The notes under the pieces were generated by a model. That model did not search any database, had not been told where the DNA came from, and was given only the letters and a program-made list of their open reading frames with translations. Positions 29,601 to 39,036 of a stretch of 57,448 nt of DNA are shown here, piece after piece. Position 1 is the stretch's first letter; the number at the start of each line of letters is the position of its first letter. A program made the position numbers and the translations under genes. The stretch comes from Girardia tigrina (lineage: Eukaryota): contig MQRK01194127.1 of NCBI GenBank assembly GCA_001938485.1, positions 1-57,448 of the forward strand. Direction: 5' to 3'.

Positions 29601-31612
29601 TTTCTAAATAATTTTAAGGAGATTGGTGTTAAATTATATTGTACTAAAACACTGAATTTCTCCTTCATATTACATATGCTAGAGTTTTGAAAAACTTTTA
29701 AAATATGATATTAAAGCAGTAAATAATGAATGAAATTTAAAAATTATGTCACCATCTCATAAAACTCAAAATATGTTCACCAATAAATCTATTAGACATT
29801 TAACTTATATTTTTTATATATATCTAAATGCAATTGACGTGATGCAACATACATTTAATAGATTGTCCGTAATCTCAATTTAAGAACATCGTCTGAAAAA
29901 ATGATAATAGTAAAACTACTGATCGTAGGAGAATGTGTCAATGTGATATCAAAATTGATAATTTGAAAATCATATACAGCATTTGGATAGTTATTAGGTG
30001 AAATTGTCGTGTGAGGTGTTTTAATTAGATCATGTTATCCTAAAATCAATGTTTAAACGCCAGTCTCAACCAATTTTTGTGAGAATGTTTTATTAGCATA
30101 ATCTCATTCAACCGATGACATAATTTGCATTAATTAGTCAGTGAACTAACAAAGACAGATGATTATTTTATTATAAACATATTTGAAAATGAATGAGTTT
30201 CGTTTTTTATAAAATATTTTTGGTAAAATGATGAAATAAATAGCATACACAAGTAGATAGACCCTAAAAATATTATAAAATAAACAATTGAATATCTAAA
30301 AAGCCTTTATTTTCTGAAATACTAAATAAAAATGCTTTACGAGAATAAATATTTCGTAATATAAGATCGACAAGATGGAAATTGAGGTTTTGACTCGATT
30401 TTACCAGACAAAAAGGTGTGACACACGAGTTATTATTTCAAATGCATAAATAATTTACATTAGTATAATAATTTCATTCAATATCCTTTGATACGAAAAG
30501 CCGTTGAAAAAATTACTTCCAATTGTCAATAAAGATTAATTGAAGTTAAATATTACATAAAATTATAAAATAAGTAAAAACAATTTATAAATTAGAAAAA
30601 GACACTCACCTTCTGGGATATTTTCCAACATATTTTCCGAAGCGCTGAAAACTTCCAAATTACTAAGTTTACCAATACCAGGTGGAATTCCATTGAATGT
30701 CAACTGATTGTTGTCAATATAAAGCTTTTTTAATTTTGAAAGACGAGTAATAAATGAAGGTAAACTGCACAAACGATTTCGACTTAGATTTAAAATTTCT
30801 AAGTTCGGCCAGCAATCGACAAGGCCACTTAATTCATCAATGTCATTTCCACTTAAGTTGAGTTTCGTTAAGCTGGCGATTTCGTATACAGATTGGGGGA
30901 CTTTTTGAAGGTTGTTATCAGAAATATCAAGATCTTGAAGGCATTGCAATTTGTCAAGATCAGAAGGTATCGTGTCTAAACGCCTAGAGGTGTTACTGAG
31001 CAATAAGGTTGTCAATTTTTTAAGTCCGCTAATTGATCGAAGCTGAGATACTGTTAAAGGATTATTAGATAAATTTAATGACTGTAAATTGGGCATCCTA
31101 CGTAAATTTGTAGGAAACCCAGTAATTTGATTGTTGCTCAAATCAAGTATCATCAAACTAACACAATTAGCAAACAAATCTTTGGGAACGGTTTGTATTT
31201 GATTGTCACTGAGATTGAGTACCAATAAAGATTTGGCATCAAACAATCCTTTGGGAACTTCTGTCAACTGATTGAAACTTAAATCAACAACTTGTAAATG
31301 AGGATTATCGAATAATTTATCCGGTAAACAATCACCAGTGATCTTATTTTTTCGAGCATTAAAAACTCGTAAAGATTTTAATTCTGTACACCAATCACCG
31401 GAAAGTTGTTGGATGTTGTTTTTACTAACAGATAAGCGTTGAAGTTGAGTAAGCTTTTCAACGCCTTTAGGAATCTGATCAATCCCAGTTGAGACGAGTT
31501 TCAACCATTGAATGCGAGTCATGTTACTGAAAGCCGCACTACAATCATGGTCGTTGATCTCAACTGAGGACAAGTCTATTCCAAGAAGAAATTGAGAAAC
31601 AGATTTAGACAT
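1238..31612 (-). CDS. FLII: Flightless-I (N-terminal LRRs + gelsolin repeats), complete spliced CDS, 11 exons: 31612-30610, 27976-27711, 23061-22840, 21032-20632, 14316-13929, 9809-9585, 9518-9394, 9345-8739, 1950-1786, 1735-1508, 1447-1238
   Basis: All junctions are GT..AG with consistent phases. Total 3840 nt = 1279 aa + TGA. Recognisable FliI motifs: [102 protein letters not shown]. Confidence 0.96.
1508..1735 (-). CDS. FLII: Flightless-I exon 10
   Basis: EGEEPDIFW...[12 protein letters not shown]...[19 protein letters not shown]. Confidence 0.93.
1786..1950 (-). CDS. FLII: Flightless-I exon 9
   Basis: TTTCAG acceptor, [12 protein letters not shown]...ICWIGK; the donor could alternatively lie 3 nt further on. 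Confidence 0.88.
2400..3160 (+). mobile_element. 5'-truncated RTE-like LINE (RT C-terminus)
   Basis: [46 protein letters not shown]; internal stop near 2600; A/GAA-rich tail. Confidence 0.88.
4374..4410. repeat. (TA)n microsatellite
   Basis: Direct; further tracts at about 5607-5658, 38993-39033, 46803-46828. Confidence 0.9.
4411..5608 (+). mobile_element. Mariner (D,D34D) transposon, defective transposase about 4518-5555
   Basis: [28 protein letters not shown] motifs; stop at 5109-5111 and frameshifts; right TIR ...CCCCAACCT; (TA)n on both flanks. Confidence 0.93.
5837..7065 (+). mobile_element. Penelope-like retroelement fragment (RT C-terminus + GIY-YIG endonuclease + pseudo-LTR)
   Basis: [13 protein letters not shown]; [30 protein letters not shown]; [13 protein letters not shown]; downstream TATATAAAAG (6911-6920) and a hammerhead motif. 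Confidence 0.9.
6948..6982 (+). ncRNA. Minimal type I hammerhead ribozyme motif (Penelope-type)
   Basis: CAA-CTGAAGA-T-GCCA ATA TGGC-GAAA-CTAG-TA-TTG: core boxes, stem I CAA/TTG, stem II GCCA/TGGC, palindromic ACTAGT. Confidence 0.75.
8739..9345 (-). CDS. FLII: Flightless-I exon 8
   Basis: GHFFTQDSY...YFWQGREAS...RMFQQQE...ALCTRTIE. Confidence 0.93.
9394..9518 (-). CDS. FLII: Flightless-I exon 7
   Basis: [19 protein letters not shown]...KMKIDM, between 66-nt and 48-nt introns; not in the ORF track. Confidence 0.87.
9585..9809 (-). CDS. FLII: Flightless-I exon 6
   Basis: [15 protein letters not shown]...LKLAYEL...EPQIFK. Confidence 0.9.
11927..12159. mobile_element. piggyBac-type MITE
   Basis: TTAA|CCCTTTACTGAC ... 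GCCAGGAAAGGG|TTAA. Confidence 0.75.
13350..13790 (+). mobile_element. Decayed Penelope-like GIY-YIG fragment
   Basis: [28 protein letters not shown]...RVKEH parallels the 5862..6734 ORF. Confidence 0.7.
13929..14316 (-). CDS. FLII: Flightless-I exon 5
   Basis: LYLWFG...INQCERKG...[15 protein letters not shown]; CTAG acceptor, GTAACT donor. Confidence 0.92.
15238..15283. repeat. Degenerate (CCTAAC)n telomere-like tract
   Basis: ACCCTAACCTTAACCCCTAACTTTAACCCTTAACCCTAACCCTAAC. Confidence 0.7.
15350..18370 (-). mobile_element. Decayed Mutator-like (MULE) element
   Basis: Minus-strand fragments IMCWVHM (~16740), [14 protein letters not shown]-like [17 protein letters not shown] (~16060-16110); inverted similarity between ~15700-15760 and ~18075-18130; boundaries approximate. 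Confidence 0.72.
19050..20280 (+). mobile_element. 5'-truncated non-LTR retrotransposon with C-terminal C2H2 zinc fingers
   Basis: [18 protein letters not shown] (RT C-terminus), then [39 protein letters not shown]; stops and frameshifts. Confidence 0.8.
20632..21032 (-). CDS. FLII: Flightless-I exon 4 (gelsolin repeat 1)
   Basis: [13 protein letters not shown]...[10 protein letters not shown]...IYYWIG. Confidence 0.94.
21400..22480 (-). mobile_element. hAT (Buster/Charlie-like) relic
   Basis: [19 protein letters not shown]...[20 protein letters not shown]; GCGACCCC subterminal motifs; boundaries approximate. Confidence 0.8.
22106..22286. mobile_element. pogo/Tigger-type MITE nested in the hAT relic
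   Basis: TA|CAGTACTCATTGAGTTATTTGAA ... TTCAAATAAATCAGCGGCTACTG|TA. Confidence 0.7.
22840..23061 (-). CDS. FLII: Flightless-I exon 3 (linker)
   Basis: [13 protein letters not shown]...[12 protein letters not shown], phase 0/0. Confidence 0.9.
24430..25240 (+). mobile_element. Heavily decayed piggyBac (PGBD-like) transposase
   Basis: Acidic TDDEDED start, [21 protein letters not shown] remnants across frames. Confidence 0.6.
26581..27420 (+). mobile_element. Decayed mariner
   Basis: TATTGGGTTG terminus; [18 protein letters not shown]...[17 protein letters not shown]. Confidence 0.85.
27711..27976 (-). CDS. FLII: Flightless-I exon 2 (last LRRs, linker)
   Basis: TTTTAG acceptor, [11 protein letters not shown]...FYNIDFSL, donor GTATGT. 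Confidence 0.93.
29127..29465. mobile_element. Tc2/pogo-type MITE with TA target duplication
   Basis: TA|CCGTATTACTTCGATTTA ... TAAATCGAAGTAATACGG|TA. Confidence 0.9.
30610..31612 (-). CDS. FLII: Flightless-I exon 1 (start codon, LRR domain)
   Basis: ORF 30563..31612 of tandem LRRs; donor AG|GTGAGT at 30609; in-frame TAA directly before the ATG. Confidence 0.95.
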
Positions 31613-31662
31613 TTAATCACACAGTTATATTAAAGGATATAAAAAGTTGTTTTTTGTAAAAA

Positions 31663-31752
31663 TTAATTGGTTTCAATCGCTTGATTTTCTTCTGAAATAA
31701 TGCGACGTTTGGATTCTTTAGAAATATTTGCTCTTAGTTTTGTAACACGATC
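31663..31752 (-). CDS. SNAPIN: Snapin exon 3 (terminal coding part)
   Basis: ATTTCAG acceptor; DRVTKLRANISKESKRRIISEENQAIETN-TAA resembles the Snapin C-terminus and completes a 135-aa protein. Confidence 0.85.
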   Translation of the reverse strand, partial: DRVTKLRANISKESKRRIISEENQAIETN

Positions 31753-34700
31753 CTGAAATGATTTTGAAATTAAACAAAATATTTTTATAAAAGAGCGAAA
31801 TATTTGATAACACAACATTGGCATTATAAACATAGAGCTTTACCGATTATACATAGTGAAGACTTAATGATATAGTTACAAATATTTAATATTTATTTTT
31901 AAATACATTTTAATAAAATTATTAGTGTTATAGGAAAAATAAATTTTAAAAATCCACAATAATACCTTGTTTCTCGAAATATAAGACACTGCCTTTGATT
32001 AATTTTGATAGAAAAATTACCAGTAGTAATTACTTATACTAGCATATTTTCGAAATTAGAAATTAAAAATAGACAAAAATAAGAATAAAAATCACAAATA
32101 AATTTATTCTTCAACATAAATCTCATCTTCCATAAAATATTCATTTTCATAACCATTTAAAGCTTCTTTGTGGTCATCAATCGAACACAAGTTACATGCT
32201 CTTAATACTTGATAATTAATTAGAGCATAAGGTTTTCTTAACAGTATCAGGTGATATTTTATATTTTACTGTGTAACTTTTTTCTTTTTTGGTTCATGAA
32301 GGGATGAAAAATGATTAATTTAAAAACAAATTTTTTATAACAATTTTTAAAATTTACATATTTTTTTGAAATTATCAAATAAAATATTTTAAAAAAAATG
32401 GTAGGTCTTATATTAATGGATGTCTTATATTAATATTCCCAAAAATATCTTTAAATTTTGGACTAAGTCTTATACAGGGAGATGTCTCATATTTGGAGAA
32501 ACACGGTAAGATACTCACAAAGAAGTATCTTATTTAATAAGATAAACGTTTTACTTTATCCCATCTTTATACCAACCTATACATCATGTAATAAAAAAAT
32601 ATAACAACCAAGTCATTGGAAAAGCATTTATAAATCAGTTCATCCTAGAGAATAATTCATCATATTATTGAGCGATTATCAGCAATAATTTAATAAATTT
32701 TGCATATTCTTGACATTTCTGAAATCTTTATTATATGAAAGAATAGTGTCTGGGAATTCTGTAAGTCATTCACAATCAAAATGTACGATTGATATAATAT
32801 TCGATTAATGAATCTTCATGGACAACTGAAAACAAAAATATATCGCTAATGTAATATTAAAAAATCAGATGAATTGAGAGTGAAAATGTGAGACAATAGG
32901 ATAAAATGCTCTCATGAGACCTGTCGATGCAAGAGCCAGTTATCAATTGGCAGTAAAGGAAGTTAACGGGTAGATTTTAGCGTAATAGAGAAGCAACAGC
33001 GGAAAGACCATGTTCTTGTTACTGCCGACTGATTTTCGCACCCGATTTACATACAATACTTGAATTTACATTAACAAAAAAGTAAATACTTGATTTGATC
33101 CGATTGATTTTTAAACTGATATTATTATTTGGTTGTTACAAAGAAAAATGAAAATACAATAAATATTTAACTGTAAATAATAATGGTTATGTAACAGTGA
33201 TCAATGCGATCAATTTTAACAACATAAAACATGCTTTTAATACAAATGTAATAAATACATATGATGAAAAAACCACATTCAACATAGCGCGAAATGCTCG
33301 TTTATCGAGATTGATAAGGAAGAGATCACACTTTTGCAGACGCATTCATCAGATATGGATATAATGAAATAGCAATTTGGACATGGAACTGTGATAAAAT
33401 AGAGTCTTTTGAATGTATTTCATTATTCAACTTAAAAGAATCGATTAATATACATAAATGACTTCCACATATTATTTTGTCTCTAAAAACGAGCTTATTC
33501 CAATCAACAAGTAAGCAGAATATAAGCACAATCTTCTTATCTAAAAACCAATTTGAATTATTGGCAAATATAAGGAATTGTAAGGATGCAAATATGAATT
33601 TGAGACTTAATCAAAATGAATAATAAATAGTGCAAAACAAATCCCACTATTTATTAATACATCAACTTAGCAAAACAAATCCTACGGGAAACTGAAATAT
33701 CTCGAATGTAAAAAAACTAAATAAAGTCGATTGTTCCTAGATTTATCCTTGTAACTGAGGACCTCGTTTTCTGAGTGACAAATTAAAGTGAACATGAAGG
33801 ACTATAAAAGTACTCAAACGTATTTGACGATGATCTTAATTTGAAGATAATCGTTTGATTCATTTAAAGTGAAACCAATGGTACACTATTCAATGAATCC
33901 CTCACCTTTTTGTCTGAGACTTTAACAGTTAATAATAGTAAGACTATTTGCAGGTTAAGCATTATTTATATAACACTGTTTCTCGAAACCGCCAAGTTCT
34001 ACCACATGATTGCTTAAATATTATCTCTTAATAATATGTCAGTTGTTTCGTACAAGTTACTTTGAACAGTGTACTTTGAACATACAAAAATAAGTCAAAA
34101 TATAATGCCAAAAGATTTATCAAAAATGTTTTCGAACGAAGGCATATTTATTCTTACAAATATTTATTTAATTAATAATAAGATAGTTTTTTATTGTAGA
34201 TGAGTGTTTTAATAAATTAGAATAATATTTTAAAATTGGACTTCGATAGTAATAAAACGACTTTATTCTCATGTCTGAACTTGGTGACTAATTCGTTATC
34301 CTTAGATATATTTAATATTTTAACATTCAAGAATTAAAGGACACTTGAAGTTTATAATTACATTAATTGTTAAATTCCAAATATTCGGTTTGTTGAAAAA
34401 TAAATAACACAATAATACTAATGACTTTAGAAGTTACTGAAAAATTACTAAATAAATAGTTTAATAAGCATAAATAATGATATTCTTGTTGTAATAATAA
34501 TGCTTCTTTAATATTAACTCAACGTGTACGGAGTCTATTTAATAACGTAAAGGACGGAGTGGGGAAACTTGAGTCTCCCAAACGAAAACATTACCTCATA
34601 ATAATAAATAAGTTAATAAATGATTGCAACTAATAGGTTTTTATTCAGGATTTATCTAAATTGAAAAGAGAGAAAGAAAAATTTTAATGATATTATTAGG

Positions 34701-37700
34701 TTGGAACGAAAGTTTTGTCCGCTATTTAAAAAAAATGTAAATAAATTTGTAAATTTAATTTTGCTTTATATGGATTTTATGTATTATATATTCTTAGGGG
34801 CATTTTGATAAAATATTTTAGGAACAAGTTAAAATGTCAAAAAAGCGTGAAGAAATCCGCAACTTGATTTTACTCGAATTCAAACCTGGAAGTACAGCAG
34901 TGGAAGTGTCTAAAAGCAGGCCGAGATTCTAAGACTAAAAGAGCATGCTTTCGATTGTATGCAAAATTACGCTCCGCAAATACGCATCTTAAAGACAAAA
35001 GGTGTTCCTGACACTCAATAACCATTGATTAACGAACGTTACATCGTCTCATTGAAGCAAATCAGACCCAAGCAACGTGTGAACTGACTTCTGAACTTTA
35101 AACTTACCCTATTACTATTAATCGAAACCTTTAAGAAACATAAACGTGGTCAAAAATAAACTCAATGATATTGAAAAAAATCGGTGAATTAACAATTGTT
35201 TTTGGCCATTGCAAAAATTCAATTTTATTGCATCGCAACAGATTTGGACATGCGATAAGAAGTGTCTTGTCTACGACAACCAGAAACGCAAAAACCAATG
35301 GCTGAGTCAAGATCAACTTTAAAAATGGAAGCCTTGAAGTGATCCGAATCAAAAAAATGTGATGTTGTGTGTTTTGTGAATGGTCCAACTGAGAACTCCT
35401 TTCACGCGATCAAACCATCACTGAAGTTTCTTGCACCCACTTAGACCTTGTTTAGGCCTATTTGTGTGTTCATGGTATCAACAAGACAACGCTAGACTTC
35501 ATGTTTCTCGCCTGACGTGTTAAAACTTGGTAGAATTGAATTGGGATGTTCTGAAACACATACCATATAGCCCAGACGTTGCTACATCCGATTATTATTT
35601 TTTCATCTGACTTGAACATTTCCTTCACCGACATCGCTTCATTTAAGAAGAACACTTGGAACAAGCCCTTCAAATTTTTTTCGACATCTAAACGCTATAG
35701 TTTTACCACCGCGGAATTTTCTTGTTGCAGTCCCTCTGGGAAAAAATAATCGACAGTAATGGCGATTAAATTAATGAAAACGACCCCTTGTTATTGTAAA
35801 AATTTTATCTTTAATAAAATTTTAATTTACTGACAATACTTTCGTCCCAACCTAATACTTATGAAAAAATAATCTTTGGCGAGTTCATGCCTCCATTTCG
35901 TTCTCCAAGCGTTAAAATTTTGTAAAATACATATGATTGATAGATGTTATACTATTAGCACAAGATTGTATAGAAAATCTATCCAGTCTTCAAAGACCAC
36001 ATGTCACCACAAAATTTTATGAAAACTCATGTCCGAATAGATATAAAAAATACGTCTGAAAATGAAAGAAGTTATTGAAAACAATGAGAAATCCATTAAT
36101 CTTGGTTTAATATGGCTAAAATATCTATGGATATTCTGTCTTAAATCTCAAGAGACGTTTTACAAAATTGGAAAAATAAATACTTAGGTTAATTATTTAA
36201 TATTTAATCCACTATTATATTTATTACTATTCACACGAAATAGTAAAGAAATATGGGTTATGGAAAATCGAAACGTAATACTTGAAGTGACACGAGATAC
36301 TCAGATTGTTGACTCTGAAATTTAAAAAGAATACAGCGATTTATGGAGCTAAATCCTTATAATTTGGGACACACAATCTTTACATATTGACAAATTATCA
36401 ATGAAATATGTAAACATTCAATAAATTTGAATGATGATAAAAACCACTTGTGGTAACAAATGATAAACATCCCTAATTGCTCGATTCTGGGAAAACATAC
36501 TAGAACTCAGTCAAGAAAATGAATGTCATTTCATTTATAAAATAGCATGTTCAATATATAATAAGGAAGGAAGACAAGAAAACGTGTTTTGAGAAATAAT
36601 TCTCATCATCAGGTCCTAGTCCTTTGTGTATCAACATAATATGAGACACTAAATGAATCGAAATGTCAATTCCATTCCCATTAAGGAATCCTCTACGGAT
36701 CCCTTAATTGTCAAACTGAGAATGCACATTGGTCAGTTGTCGATTGTTTCGATCATCAAAGGTCTCTTTGTCATTTAATGGTCGGGACGATAGGAAAACC
36801 AAATCAATATCTCAGTTAGACAACTGATAACTGAAACTAATCCCTTGTGATAAATTTTTATTTTGTGCTATTTATTATTTGAAAAAACTTTAGTAAATGG
36901 GTATCATATAACTAATCTACAAGGAGCGCCAAAATATCTGCAAAGCGAATTTAATGCGCAGATGTAAGAGATAAAATCCAATTTTTAAACAATGATTTTA
37001 CATATTATGAAAACAAATTGATTTACTTTTTTTGATTAAATATAAACAATAATTGATAAAAATCTTTACATCAAAAACATTACCGACCGTTTCCGTGTAA
37101 AATTGACTCGAAAAAATCAAATTCAAAAAATGAAGTCAATAGAAACCGAATCAAATAGAAACAGCACACAGAAATATCAACACTGATCAATAGAGAAACA
37201 AAAGATATCGCACAAGACAACCCGATCAATCAATGTTTATTTGAGAACAATGATCTGTTTCAAATTTCAAAAAATTATCGATTATTTTTCAAAATGAAAG
37301 AGAAAAGTAAACAAATAATAAATTCGATAAAAATGATAAAATTGTGTAAATATTGACACAACGCAACCGATATTCACTATTATTATTTGATTAAATTATA
37401 TCAAACATTAATTTAATTTTAATTACCGTAAAATCATTAATATAAGATACGGCCTTTATGATGATAAGAATAGACTTATTTTGTTTAAGGCTCTTTTTAA
37501 AACTTAATGAAATACGACTTTTAATTTATTTAGCAAATCCTAGAGAGCAAATCCTATTGGTAAATTTGGTTTGTAAAGAGAAAAGATAATCATTATCATA
37601 ATTACACAAAATATCAGAAAATCATACAAAATTATATGTAGTCACATGTTCCTATAATAATAATGGATCTAGAGCAGGAACAAGACTCTTCAACATCGGA

Positions 37701-38988
37701 GATTCTGGTGTTCGCATTTGGAAAAAGGAAAAATATCTACTTAAAAAGATAAACCCAAACAAAAGAGCAAGACTTGGACAGTGTACATATTACACAGAAA
37801 TTAAAGATAAACTTATTGATTGCGTTAAAATTCTTCGAAATAATAAAAGGACGTAAAGAAACTTATTTTAAATGTTATCAATATAAAGAACAATAATTTA
37901 TATAAATTGTATAAAGAAATAATAAGGCCGAAACGGTTGCTTCCTTTTCCATTAAATTTGACTTTTTAAATTCATGAATCGCCATGAAACTCCAAAACGA
38001 TTTGTTAAAGGAAAAAGTTGAAGTTTGAAAACTTTAAAAAACATCAGTTGAGTAGAAATGTTTCTCATAACTAGTAAATCAAAATTAATTTATTTTCATA
38101 TCCATTTTGTATGCGGGCAGAACTCTATTTGGCCAACAGAATTTTTTTCGTTATCTTTTGTAGAAATGAAAATTACTATTACATTTTTAATCAATTTATT
38201 TTGTTATTAGTAACTATTAAAATCTTTTGTAGAAGGGAAAATTTTCATACAAATCAATTTACAACTCAATTTTGCCATTAAATAGTCATTAATAACACAA
38301 TAAATTTATTATAAAGCGTGGAAGGAAGAAAAACAAAACATTTCTATTTAATACAGTTTAAACATTCGTAAAACGATTTTTCGCAATACAAATTTTTTGA
38401 TTTAATAGTTTGATCAAATTTTCGGTATCCAGAAAATTGCTCCCCAAAAATTTCTCCCTATAAAAATTACTCCATAAAAAACTTGGTTTGGGTCACGATT
38501 AGGGATAGAGTAACGGTTTTGGGGCTGTAGGTAAATTTATTTAAATTTAAAAATTTACACCCTATACTTTATACATTGATATTATATTTACAGTTATTGT
38601 TTACTATTAAAATTCACCATCTTGCTAGCAATTACTTTGCAGAGCACTTGTACGGAGATCAATTTTTGGAGAGCAATTTTATGTAAATCCCATTTTCACA
38701 TAATCATTTATTGTCATCGAAAATGAGTAAATGTACAAAGTTTGAAGAAAATTGATTGAGTAAAAGCTTTCAAAAATAGGTTTCTAAGTTCCATGGATAC
38801 ACATATAGAAAGCAAGTCAATATGAAGAATGAAAAAATGTCGATAAAGTTCCATTTTGCTTCGATTAACCAGTAAAATTTAGAATTAACTTCAAAGAAAC
38901 AAAAGATATCAAAATAAATACGACGGGTTCGGGAAAAAATGGATTTAGGGTCATATGATTGTTAGGTCTGTAAATATATAAATGATAA

Positions 38989-39036
<48 letters not shown>

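Noticed and set aside
30563-31612. Stand-alone LRR protein gene
   Set aside because: It splices in phase to downstream FliI exons.
31613-31665. Snapin-FLII fusion protein by readthrough
   Set aside because: The 50-nt spacer is out of frame and a TAA directly precedes the FLII ATG.
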